A stretch of DNA of 64,000 bases. Source: Octopus sinensis (Eukaryota). The notes under the pieces were generated by a model that did not search any database, was not told the origin of the DNA, and worked only from the letters and a program-made list of their open reading frames with translations. The position numbers and the translations under genes were made by a program. The stretch spans positions 9,300,001 through 9,364,000 of the forward strand of contig NC_042998.1 in the NCBI RefSeq assembly GCF_006345805.1. Reading direction: 5' to 3'. Every line of letters begins with the position of its first letter. Position 1 is the first letter of the stretch. This document shows positions 13,508 to 25,660 of the stretch, piece after piece.

Positions 13508-15103
13508 TGTCTTTTATAGAAGATTCTTTGTTAGCTCAAATGATTTTACAGTTAGCTATGGTTGGAGAGGAGTTTTTTTTTTTTTTTAGGTCTGCTTAGT
13601 TAATATGGGCATCTCAAGAACTGTATCAATGCAGGACCTCAATTTTTGGAATGGCAAATATATCTTTAAGTAGCCACGACCAAGATGCATTCCACCTGCT
13701 GTGGCAGGAATCTTTGTCCCTCATTAGCTTCCATAGGTCCTCAATTTCTGTATGTTTACCAATAGCATCAATGTAGTTGAGTAGCCTTGAGAATGTAGAA
13801 GTCTACAGAATATAACAGCTTTGAACAACAATAGTAGATATGAGTGGAATGTGTCCATAAATATCTTTGGTCTTGTAAGCAGAAGGCATTTATAATCAAA
13901 GTAAAATGTGGCAAAAAAAAAAAAATTTTTTCTGGGAATGTTGACTTGATTTTTGTTTCTTTTTTCTTTTTTGCATACAAAACAAAATTTACTACTGAAT
14001 TCACGTCCATCTCCATCACCATTTGGCAAGTCTATAAACGTCCTAGTCACTCCAGATACACTAACCTGACCAGTCCTGATGGTGTTAGATTCCTTTTATC
14101 ACCCTCAGCAATGTTTCTCCCATCAACTTTCTCTCTGTCCCCAATGCAGCCTCTTCTCTTTAACAATTGTAAACCCCACCCCACCGCTGCCGCCCATGTC
14201 CATTTCAACCTCAACCATTTTTCTCTTATTCTCTCATACACACACTCACTCTCCCTCCCTCCATCTCTCTCTCTCTCTCTCCTCTCAATGGCATTTTATC
14301 TTTTTAATTTTTTTATAGTTTTGCTTTTATGCTCATACTTTTTGTTCTTGCTTTTCTTTTTTTATGCATTTTTTTTTTGCTTTTAATGTCTTGAACACTT
14401 TCAACTTTATTGATTTAATATTCCTAAGAGACACCACACTATCTAAATGTTTTTTATTAGGTTTCAGTTTGCACTGAATAAATCTTCATTTATGTTAAAT
14501 ACAGACCTTTGGTGTCTCTGGGGGGGGGGTAGTCAAGAGGAACAGTTTTTAACCCTCTCTTTCCCTTCTCAGATTATGTTTAATATTATTTTCTCATGGA
14601 CATATTCTTTGCTCTTGTTTAATCTGCCAAGTTTTTTTTTTGTTTTTATATTTAAAAATCTAGCTATTAGATAATAAGCTATTAGAAAATGAGATGTGGA
14701 GAGAATGTGTTGATGTATATTATTTATCTTGATAAAGAAATTATTCACCTTTGCTACTTCAAGTAGTTGAATATCATGTGAAGTTTCACATGAGCTATTT
14801 GTTGTATATCAGAATCAGGAATAGAATTTTAAGCTGTTTAAGCCACTAGAATAATGACAAATTTCAGACTAGGTATTCAATGGAATAGCAAAGATTAATC
14901 AGATAAAGCATTGCTACAAACATTTTCAGTAGTTTTTAGCTAGAATCTAGAGTATGTTGCAATTGTTTTGAGTGTGTGGGATGTGGATGTTCTGTGTATT
15001 TCATATTTGTGTATTATGATTTGTGTGTGTATCATGTATATGTTGTAATTTATCTGTGGTGGCAATTTGCATGTTGTGCTTATGTTTTGTTGTATTGAGT
15101 GTG

Positions 15104-15326
15104 TTGGCAGAAACGTTAGCACGCCGGGCGAAATGCTTAGCGGTATTTCGTCTGCCGTTACGTTGTGAGTTCAAATTCCGCCAAGGTCGACTTTGCCTTT
15201 CATCCTTTCGGGGTCGATAAATTAAGTACCAGTTACACACTGGGGTCGATATAATCGACTTAATACCTATGTTTGTCCTTGTTTGTCCCCTTTGTGTTTA
15301 GCCCCATGTGGGTAATAAAGAAATAG
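15104..15326 (+). mobile_element. SINE family A
   Basis: ggcagaaacgttagcacgccgggcgaaatgc...gagttcaaattcc...ggtaataaagaaatag; embedded in TG-rich low-complexity DNA (about 14960-15570). Confidence 0.92.
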
Positions 15327-16630
15327 ATATGTGTTGTTGTGTCAAGGGTGTTGGTGTTGTCAAAAGTGTTGGTGTCAAGGGTGTTGTTGTGTCGTTGTGT
15401 GCTGTTGTGTGTGGCGTTGAGTGCTGCTGAGTGTATTGTGTGCATGTATTGGGAGTTGTGGTTGTGTGCATGTATTGCATTATATGCGGGGTTTCTGTGG
15501 CGTTGTGTGTATATTTGTGTTGGTCTATGCTTATGGTTGTGTGTGTAGCAGTTGTTGCGTCTGTGTGGGAAATCTAGCAAAATATCGATTCTTCCTGAAT
15601 AGTTTACAAACTTTGTTATTAATTTAATTTTATTCATCACATTAAATTCTGTCTTTGGTCAATAGTCAACAAGCGTTGGTAACATCCATAGACTTTATAC
15701 AATGACTGTTAAAGAATCTAATTAAAGCAGGTCTTCTTAATAAGTTTTGTGTTGGTATTAAAAGCCTGACTCCATTTGTATACATTCTAATACTGAAATT
15801 TTGTGTTTGACTGAAATTACAAATTACTTAGAATTTTGTTTTGTGACAGTTATTGAAGAAAATCTTTTATTTTTCTTAGTGATTCCTTCTATTTCTTACT
15901 GAATTGAATTTAGCAGATTTGTTCTCCAGATCAGTTTAGCTAATTGTTAAGTCTAACTAGTTTTTAAAAACACGTTTATCTGTTCTCAACTATTCCAATT
16001 AATGTTTTGAATATAACATTCATTAGTATATCCTACGTTTCTGTTAATCATTTCAATTCTCTGAAGCAAAAGAAATTAGTTTGTTATCGTCATTGCAGCA
16101 GTGATAAGATGGCCATGTGAGGGAACTGATCAATCTATTCTCTAGTTCAAATTCACTGCAGGTATTCTAAGCAAATGCTACACATCTCAGTTGGCTTACT
16201 TTTCAGGAATAGGTACCAACATGTTATGTAGTATTACATAACCCTTTAACTTTTAAACCCACCATGTCTAACCGAAATATGATATATATTAAAATTGTGC
16301 ATAAAAGTAAAAGTTAAAACCCCAAATAGCTCATAAGGAATGGTGCCCAACTCTGATTTTATGTTCAAACTGACTGGATCTAACCTCTTATACTGAACCT
16401 ACAATGTCATACTAACAATGAATAATCACATTGAAATTTCAGCTATGAGATAATGCATGATTATTTCAAAACAATGGGAATAAGCAAGCAATACAGTTGA
16501 CAGAGTAATCTGAATCCCAAAGTGTTAAGTTGGTGTTCTATTGGCTTTTTGGTACTATGAAATCGGAGTTGGGCACCATTCCATATGAGCTATTTGGGGT
16601 TTTAACTTTTACTTTTATGCACAATTTTAA

Positions 16631-16830
16631 TGCCAGCCTCGTCTGGCACCTGTGTCGGTGGCACATAAAAAGCACCCACTACACCCAAGGAGTGGTTGGC
16701 GTTAGGAAGGGCATCCAGCTGTAGAAACACTGCCAGATCTGACTGGCCTGGTGCAGCCTTCAGGCTTCCCAGACCCAAGTTGAACCGTCCAACCCATGCC
16801 AACATGGAAAGCGGATGTTAAACGATGATG
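16631..16830 (+). mobile_element. Family C retroposon, 1 hairpin module
   Basis: One module, ggagtggttggcgttaggaagggcatccagctgtagaaac, (GAT)n tail. Confidence 0.9.
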
Positions 16831-17289
16831 TTCATCATTCATGTATAAAAAGTGGAGAAAACTTAGGGTTGTGAGGTTTTTTTTTTTTTTTTTTTAGCCC
16901 TGTCTCATCTAGAAATCATGAAATTCTCTTGTACTGGTGCCATGAGAAATTACACCCAGTACCCCAGTAAAATGGTTTGCAATAGAAAGGGCATTGAGCT
17001 CTAAGAAGAAAAAAAATCAAATGAAAGTGATATGTTTGAGCACCACTTGCCATAGCTGTAACACTGTGACAAACCAATCTAATGTATACTAGCATGTAAA
17101 GTGGATATGAAATGATATATAATCTCATCCTATTCAACCCTCTGTACCACTTATATCTTCTCTCTGTAACTTGAGGGTGTGCACTAACACATCTCTCTCT
17201 CCTTCTCCAACTGGATAGCCATATATCTTCAGTACTACAAGACATGTCTTCTAATCCCACATCACCTACCACAAAGCTACCTCCTTCGA

Positions 17290-17541
17290 TACTACTCTCC
17301 CGTCAATTGGGTGGGGGTCTTATCTTGCAAGTTATTTAGTGACCTTGCTAGCGCTATGTAAAAAGCACCTAGTACACTGTAAAGTGGTTGGCATTAGGAA
17401 AGACATCCAGCCATAGAAACCATGCCAACTGACTGTAGAAATTGACACAGTCCTAGCTCACCAGCTCCTGTCAGAACTATCCAACCCATTCCAGCATGAA
17501 AAGCAGATGCTAAATGATGATGATGATGATGATGATGATGA
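17290..17541 (+). mobile_element. Degraded family C variant
   Basis: aaaaagcacctagtacactgtaaagtggttggcattagg...gctaaat(gat)9. Confidence 0.7.
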
Positions 17542-18056
17542 TACATCTTCTTCCTGATGCTGAGTGTAGCATTACTAGTTTAATCCAAATTTCCCTTTCT
17601 TTTGGAAATACTTGAATTTTTATATATATATAAATGTTAATGTCTCTTTATAGACAACTCTAAAAGAATGCTGGTTTTAAGAGATGAAAATAAATTTCAG
17701 TTGTGCTAAAGAATTTACAGCTCTCTTTAAACTTTGCTATTCAGTATCCATAATAAAGTAGCTAACAATCTTTTCTGCTTTTAAGATTATGGAAACTTGT
17801 ACAAAGAATTTATTTCATAGGTTAGTTGCACAGAAGTTCAGTCAACAAAGATTACTCTCAAGTGTATTATTACATGAGTTGAAAAAGCAAAGTTGACCTC
17901 GAGGGGACATTTAAGCTTACAACAATGAAGTACCAAAGAAAATACAATAATGCATCTACTGTCATTTTTTAAATTTTCTGTATCATCTCCATCTCACTCC
18001 TATCTTGGAATATGCTAAGCAATCTTTATTTTTAATATCCAAACCATCTGCGATGG

Positions 18057-18092
<36 letters not shown>

Positions 18093-18094
18093 TT

Positions 18095-18298
18095 GAGCTG
18101 GCAGAAACGTTAGCACGCTGGGCGAAATGTGTAGCCGTATTCCGTCTGCCGTTACGTTATGAGTTCAAATTCCGCCGAGGTCGACTTTGCCTTTCATCCT
18201 TTCGGGGTCGATAAATTAAGTACCAGTTACGCACTGGGGTCGATATCTGTCCTTGTTTGTCCCCTCTGTGTTTAGCCCCTTGTGGGTAATAAAGGAAT
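18095..18298 (+). mobile_element. SINE family A (small internal deletion)
   Basis: Same body as 15104-15326; lacks the aatcgacttaatacctat segment. Confidence 0.9.
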
Positions 18299-18323
18299 TA
18301 AAAAAAAAAAAAAATATATATAT

Positions 18324-18380
<57 letters not shown>

Positions 18381-18386
18381 CATATT

Positions 18387-18635
18387 CCGTGCCGGTGGCA
18401 TGTAAAAAGCACCATCCAATCATGGCCGTTGCCAGCCTCGCCTGGCACCTGTGCCGGTGGCACGTAAAAAGCACCCACTACATTCAAGGAGTGATTGGCG
18501 TTAGGAAGGGCATCCAGCCGTAGAAACATTGCCAGATCAGACTGGGCCTGGTGCAGCCTTCTGGCTTCCCAGACCCCAGTTGAACCATCCAACCCATACT
18601 AGCATGGAAAACGGATGCTAAACGATGATGATGAT
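18387..18635 (+). mobile_element. Family C retroposon, 2 modules
   Basis: Two gtgccggtggca modules, conserved tail, (GAT)n. Confidence 0.9.
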
Positions 18636-18899
18636 ATATATATACATTTAATTTTTTTTTTTCAAATTAATGCTTGTGTATTAAAAAAATATTGATTTCT
18701 GCAGCACAAGAACTATTTGAATGGCCAGTGTAAAGAATTGCTGTGATGCTTGTCTTTCCCATGAGCATTAGCAATATTGTGTGGACAGAATAATTAGATT
18801 GTAGAATCAGCTCAGTTGTAGCTTATATCTTACTTGACTGTGTTTGCCAGGCATTTGTTTAATGGGATACGACTTTTATTTTCTTAAGTGTAAGGAGTT

Positions 18900-19150
18900 T
18901 TCTAGAAAAGTACCCGCCAGACAAGGCCCACTCAATTAAGGTATCTTGTCTTGCAGGTAATTAGCGACATCACCAGTGTTGGTGCCATGGAAATTGTACC
19001 TGGTACACTGTGGAGTGGTTGGCATCAAGAAGGGTACCAAGCTGTAGAAACCATGCCAAAGCAGACCTTAGAGCCTGGTGTAGCCCTCTGGTTCATTAGT
19101 TGATGTCAAACCATCAAACCCATGCCAGCATGTAAAAAATGTGAAACGAT
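18900..19150 (+). mobile_element. Old degraded family C variant
   Basis: ggtacactgtggagtggttggcatcaagaaggg...ctgtagaaaccatgcc...cccatgccagcatg. Confidence 0.6.
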
Positions 19151-19664
19151 AATTCCCTGTTATAGTTTCTTTATGTATGTTTTATCAGTTGCTTGATCTT
19201 TGGAAAGACTGTTGGTACTCTGAATCATTTTTTTATAACTTTCTATTACTTAAATATACAGTCAGCACTTCATTATAATTAAGTTATCAAATTTATTTCC
19301 CACTAGTACCAATATTTTCATGAACATTTCATATAATTAGTTGCCACAGTACCATCAAGTAAAGGATGTATTTTTGCTGACAAATACAGAAATGTTTAGA
19401 GTTGTATCTCTTACTTGCTTGGCCAAAAGACATTAGTTAAACCCCTATTTTTCCTAGTCACTGCATTTAACCCTACTATGGTTATTTCTGCTGTTGCAAG
19501 CATTAGAAATAAACCTCCTAGTTTATTCTAATGGAAATTAATACACAATTATTAGTTATATTAGATCTTTTTTTTTAACTCATATTAATTTTTAAAAATA
19601 AATTAATTTGAAAAGTTTGTTCTTCAGAAGCTCCTTTAAAATTTCCTTTTCTGTTGTTTAATTA

Positions 19665-20056
19665 TCTCTATATATATAAAGCTGAAGTTGTCTGTGTATG
19701 GCAGGTTTGGTAGCCTTCAACTAACACTATCTCCTCCGAGACCCTGTGGTGCAAGTTGACCAAAATTGAGAGTATGATAGAAGAAGGCTTGCTCTTCATT
19801 CTGTAGAAGATAAAATTCAAATCAGACCATGTTAACACCAAAAATTATTTACATCAAAAAGGTGCTTTTTTTCTATGAAAATACCTATTTTTTACAATTT
19901 TTTGACTGCTGTGTCGCCATTTTTCGGTGTATTTCAACCAGAAAAATCTTCACTTAAAGAGAATAACAAGTTACATAATGCAAAATTTTTACTTTTCAAA
20001 AATTCCAATTCTAAACGGTTGAAACAAACCCGAGCAATGCCAGGCAATACTGCTAG
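19665..20056 (+). mobile_element. Non-autonomous Helitron
   Basis: 5' A|TC-TCTATATATATAAA, 3' subterminal GC hairpin cccgagcaatgccaggc, terminal CTAG|T; no TSD; homologous to 56768-57163 and 32205-32528. Confidence 0.85.
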
Positions 20057-20459
20057 TAGGTATAAAAGTTATTTATTCTTGTGTAAAAGCTGCAAATTTC
20101 TGTGAGTTGCATTAACAGAATGTTTAGTGACTCATTGAAAAATATTGTGTTGTAGTGCAAACATTAATCTGGATTAAACTAATCCTATTGTTGAATGTTA
20201 ATTAGATTAGCTTGAACAGCTGATAGTTTCCTTAAATTAACTTTCATATGTTAATATTTTAACTTGACAAATCTCTTCAGGTTAATTGGATATTAACTTG
20301 TATACACTTCAAAATTATAGTCTCAACTTGAATTACATACAGTGGCCAGAAGTTGGTTCTGACCTATAGCTTTGTTACTAATATTTGAGAAAAATCAAAA
20401 TTATAATTTGAAAACAGCCTTTATATTTTCAAGGTTTAGTTAGAATATAATGATGAACT

Positions 20460-20990
20460 TCCTTCCGGGTGGTCGTTTCTGCTCGCGTGGGTACCAATCG
20501 ACAACTGCGCGGGTCCACCGATTATCGGTGGGCCAGGTGACGTGTCCAGCCCATCTAAACTTGCTGCGTGTATACTCTGCGATGACATCCCTCATACCGG
20601 ACTTCTTTCTGATGACCTCGCTACTGATGTGCTTTCTCAATGAGATACCAAGCATTGACCTTTCCATGGCTCTTTGAGCCGTTACCAGTCTCTGCTCTTC
20701 TCTCTTTGTTGTAGTCCATGTTTCACTGCCATATAACATTGCAGGTAGAACTGTGCTGTTGATGAGGTTGGCACGGATGGTCTTGTGCAACCTTCCCTTG
20801 AGTACATCCTTTATGCCATTAAACGCCTTCCATCCGGCCCTTACTCTCTGTGGTGGAATTACGATTTCAGGAGGACGATTGGGATCATGTGGATGAGAAA
20901 AGCACAATCCAGAGAGGAGTGGACAGCGTGCTGTGACCAGCGGCGTCAAATGGACGCCCGAAGGACTGGTCAGTCAAGGTGATCAAGGTG
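20460..20990. mobile_element. RTE-clade LINE 3' fragment with 5' inversion and 13-bp TSD
   Basis: Minus segment 20460-~20850 encodes RAGWKAF...VLPAMLYGSETW...QRAMERSMLGI...KFRWAGHV...WYPREQKRPPGR. Plus segment ~20851-20990 continues WNYDFRRTIGIMWMRKAQSREEW and ends in a (TCAAGGTGA) tail. TSD ataatgatgaact at 20447-20459 and 20991-21003. Confidence 0.9.
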
Positions 20991-21592
20991 ATAATGATGA
21001 ACTAAAGAATTACACTGTAGTAAAGATAAGAAATTAGGGAAAATCTGATTGAAATGCTTTTTTAGTAAGTCATCTGTCGTATTGATCTGTAGGTTACCAG
21101 AAAATTAAGACAATTGCTAGGAATTTTGTGTTTACGAAAGTAGTATAAATTATCAGTGTAATTATCAAAGAGAAAGGATAATAAATATGTAATTATTTCT
21201 GGGTTAGCAATATTAAAACTAAGACAATTCAGAAGCAGATTATTTGAGGTTTAAGAAATAGCATTTTTAATAAAGAAAACAATTTATTTCAGTTTTGTAA
21301 TTTGAGATTTACCAGCAGCTGTTTCAAAAGACAATCAGTATTTGAGGATTAAAATATTAGTAGTACATCTTTTCTTAAGATAAAAAAAATAAAAAATTGT
21401 TCATTGATGTCAATTAAACATGAAACAGCAGTTTATGTGATATATAAGAGGTTATGATACTGTCAAATATAAGCATGTTGATTTGCAGTACAGAACATAA
21501 CACCTGGAAATATTAGTTGATTGTTGTCCATTTGATGTATTATCTAATTTTATCAGTTATGCGACTGAACTTGAAAGTTATCAACTGATATG

Positions 21593-22157
21593 CTCTTTTA
21601 CTTGTTTCAGTCATTTGACTGCGGCCATGATGGAGCACCGCCTTTAATCGAGCAACTCGACCATGGGACTTATTCTTTTTGTAAGCCCAGTACTTATTCT
21701 ATCGGTCTCTTTTGCCGAACCACTAAGTAACGGGGACATAAACACACCAGCATCGGTTGTCAAGCAATGCTAGGGGGACAAACACAAACACACACACGCA
21801 TATATACATATATACGATGGGCTTCTTTCAGTTTCCGTCTACCAAATCCACTCACAAGGCTTTGGTCGGCCCGAGGCTATAGTAGAAGACACTTGGCCAA
21901 GGTGCCACGCAGTGGGACTGAACCCGGAACCATGTGGTTGGTTAGCAAGCTACTTACAACGCAGCCATTCCTGCGCCTATATATATATATGTACATGACA
22001 GGCTTCTTTCAGTTTCCATCTACCAAATCCACTCACAAGGCATTGGTCGGCCCGAGGCTATAGCAGAAGACACTTGCCCAAGATGCCACACAGTGGGACT
22101 GAACCCGGAACCATGTGGTTGGTTAGCAAGCTACTTACCACACAGCCACTCCTGCGC
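21593..22157 (-). mobile_element. SINE family B with duplicated 5' half
   Basis: Full copy 21593-21977 plus a second head-and-body copy at ~21978-22157. Confidence 0.9.
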
Positions 22158-22699
22158 TGTACAAAGAGTTGTACAAATTTGGACAAAAACACTCAAGTGA
22201 ATGACATATGCTGAGTAATAAAAAAAAAAGGAAAAAATGTAGTTTTACAGGAAAATACTTACATTTGATGGAGACTAAGAAAGGTTTTAAGTTAATTATT
22301 TCAATGACAGCTAAGAACTTTGGGACTCGGAGATGATTGTACGATGACCTGTACAACTTTTACCATTGTGAAAAAGGGAAGATTAAAGCAATGTGATTTG
22401 ACTTCCTATTACAAAAAACAAACTCATAGTATTTGGGATCGAGATAAATGGCACTTGGTCATTGTAGGGCCACCTGTACCAGAAATAGTTTTCCCATGTT
22501 TTAATCTAATATGACTAAAATAAAATTTGTGACTTTTAACTTTAGACATTTTCAACAAAGGCAGAATTGATAAAATATTTAAGATAATGTGCACACACTG
22601 TGTGCGTGTGTGTGTGTGTGTCCCCGTCCTAGGTACTAACACTATCAAGTTGGAAAGTTCTGTCATTTTTCAAGATGGGAAAGAAACAAACATTTCTTT

Positions 22700-23750
22700 G
22701 GTCTTAAATGATAATATATTTGATCAAGATATTTCCCCCCACATTATTGACAAGTCCATTTATTCAGATGATTGTTGATGCCTTGAGCACAAGAATCTTC
22801 TGCTTTCAAAGCAAAGAAACACTCAATATAATTTTTAACTTCTTCAGAATAAGTTGTTTTCCTGCAAAATAATTTTGCAATGAGCTGAAAAGATAACACT
22901 CAAGTGGAGCAAGGTCTGGGGAGTAAGGAAGATGAAGCAAAACTTCCATATTTAGTGCTATAATCTTTTCTTGGGTGACTTGGGTAATATGTAGTCTTGC
23001 ATTATTGTGAAAGTGCAACACCCTCACGATTGACTAAAAATGGGAGCTTTTTCTGCAAACTTTTGAGCAATGCTTCAAATTAATGACAATACTTCTCTCC
23101 ATTAACTATTTCATTTTGGTTTAACTTTTCATGATAAACGATAACCCTTCATATCTCACCAAACACAGGACATACCTTTTTTAAAGATGTCCTGCTTTTA
23201 GGAAGGAAACTACTTTTCGATTGAGTGTTAACTGTTTCCTGTTTCATTGGCTTTGATTATAAAGAACTCACTTTTCATCACTCGTGAAGATTCTGCCCAG
23301 AAAGGTTCAGTAGCAAGTCTACTCTTAAATAATGAGCAGAGAATAACTCTTAGGCTGAGAATCGGTCAGATGATGAGAGACCCACTGACCATATTTAGAC
23401 ATTTTCCTACTACATGATGTTTTATGATCAAAGTATAACTTGAACTCAACTGTTTTGCTAACTCTTATGCAGTTTGATTAGAATTTTCCTCAAGTATGGT
23501 TTTCAGAAGCTCAGTATTGACAAAAGTTTCTGTGAGAGAGAAATTTCCTGAGTGAAACTGGCAAATCCATCATTGACATATTCAGCCACTTAAAGCCTCA
23601 TTTCCATAGACAGAATGAATATTTCTTACCACTTGCTGAAGAGCCCCTTTTGACTCATATCAGCATGTAGTGTCTGATATGAGTCTGATCCAAAATCATT
23701 TTTCAGAAGATGAAATCAATACAAATTTAACTGCTATGGTATAAACCAAT
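22700..23750 (-). mobile_element. Fossil mariner (Tc1/mariner) transposon
   Basis: Minus-strand remnants RIFTSDEK*VLYN (cf. IVTGDEKW), HNNARLH (cf. HDNARPH) and HLPYSPDLAPLECYLFSSLQNYF (cf. YSPDLAP); many stops and frameshifts; ends approximate. Confidence 0.8.
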
Positions 23751-25487
23751 CTGCAACAGGGGGGGGGGGGGGGGAAATGTTAATGCACATTTTGCTGTAA
23801 GTTCTGAAAAAGTACCCTCAGAATGATCATGTCAAAAATAGGAATTTCCAATCTAATATTAATACCAATATGATAGCATTAGAATTTTGTCATTGTTGCA
23901 ACTTCGTCTATTTTCTTGATATTTTCACTTATTTTTTGGTTTTAGCCATATTTTGTTTATGACTTAAAATGTCCTTGCAATAAATGTGGTTTCAAAGTTT
24001 CAGATAAATTGTTTACTGTAGCAGCTAATTTGTGTAATAGCTGCTTTGTTTTGAAAGCCGCATGTTAACGAGAGAAAGCAAGGTGTGATCAAACTAAATC
24101 AACTCAGAAACGTATTAATTCTGACAGTAAAACTTGACATCTTGAAATGTAAAATATATTCATTTTTAAGGCTTGATTATTTTAGCAGGTAAATGTTGGT
24201 TCTTACAGCTAAGATAAAATCTAACAGCTCCAATGCATAAAATTAACACTACTAGGTGGCTGAGGACTTGTAGAATTCGATTTAGTTTAGTAAAGTTTGC
24301 TGGTGGTTAGTGGGATTATATAGGTGTAATCTGATAATTTAAGTCAACACATGAGAAATACAAGATAAAACTAGAGTTTTGAGATGGAAATAATTTTACC
24401 GTTTTAAGTAGGATGCATAGAATTCGAATCACCTACATACATTAGGGTATAGAGCTAAATCAGTTTTGTTCTGACCAGAAAAAAACAAAACAAATTGTCA
24501 TGAGTTTCAAGACTTTATTTTATGAAGAATATAGTTCTCCTCCATACAGATGTTAGTAAAAATTTTTTATGTTGTTTTTTGTTGTATGCAGTGAAGGCAG
24601 TAGCTTTAAATTGTTGGGGGGGGGGGAGCATTTTTGGCATTAAGAAATAAAATAGCTTGTTAGTCATGTAGGTATTATAATTTAAACATCCTCCTTTTTA
24701 GATTAAAGTAGCTTAACCAAAGATAAACACATATAAGAAGGCTTCTCAAATTATGTTTAATTCCTTAGTAAACATTTTCCCTTACTTTAGAAAGAATGCA
24801 TTTTGATCTACCTTTGCCTCTGTCAGCAAATATGTCTAACAGGCAGCAGCCATCTTATACTTGTTTTCATTTGATCATACCATATATTCATAATGCTTTT
24901 AAACATATATGCTCCTCTGAATTTCATCAGCCTTTTCATAATCACACTCATCCAAACAAAAAGCATTTTGGTGTATATTGTTTCCATTAAGAATACTTGT
25001 TTTAAAACGATGTATTGTTATATCATCATCTTAGAAATTCCATCTCTGTAAAGTACTGCTCTTTTGCACTTTGCATGTAACATTAAGAAAAAAACCTCTT
25101 ATTTGCCTCGAGCAAACATTTTAATATTCAATACGTTTTTGTTTCCTTTCATACTAATACTGGTTTTTTTCTTAACATTTTTCTATAGTTACTATGCTTT
25201 CTCTCTCTCTCGAAGAATCGCTAACTGAATACTTTGCCATTTTCTTTCTATGGCCTGTCTCACCGTTTGATATTTGATTTTGTTTCTGTATTTTATATTA
25301 TACTAGTTGAATTTCAATTGAACATTTAATCAAGACCCATTTAAGCTAAGCTTATTTTTTGTATTTAAGTAATTTTGAAGGTTTTTTTTAAAGTAAACAT
25401 GAAATAATTGTTGGAGTACAGTTCTATAGATGAGGAATTATGTACATTATTTACATTTGACAGATATTTGTCCTCATTTTTGTTGTT

Positions 25488-25532
25488 AACACACGTTTCA
25501 GCTGGTATACCCCCCAGCCTTCATCAGGTGTC
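25488..25532 (-). ncRNA. Minimal type I hammerhead ribozyme motif in the PLE 3' region (this copy possibly inactive)
   Basis: Minus strand reads GACAC-CUGAUGA-A-GGCUGG[GGGGUAUA]CCAGCU-GAA-ACGU-GUGUU: stem I GACAC/GUGUU, core boxes, 6-bp stem II, palindromic ACGU stem III. The unpaired H17 appears to be missing. Confidence 0.72.
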
Positions 25533-25591
25533 TTGGGGAAATTTCAGACCTGGGTTCTCACCCCTAAGGTATTTTTCAATATTATTATTCA

Positions 25592-25660
25592 GGTCACTGC
25601 CTGGAATCGAACTCGGAATCTTGGGGTTAGTAGCCCGCACTCTTAACCAGTTATATGCCT
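25592..25660 (-). promoter_or_regulatory. tRNA-like segment with Pol III B box inside the PLE 3' region
   Basis: Minus strand tggttaagagtgcgggctactaaccccaagattccGAGTTCGATTCCaggcagtgacc; B box at 25603-25614; A box only partly present. Confidence 0.55.

Noticed and set aside
13724-14386. 180-aa and overlapping ORFs
   Set aside because: Low-complexity F/L/S-rich translations of T-rich and (CT)n DNA with no recognisable domain.
15260-15640. His/Thr-rich or Cys/Val-rich ORFs
   Set aside because: Products of the TG-rich low-complexity tract next to SINE A.
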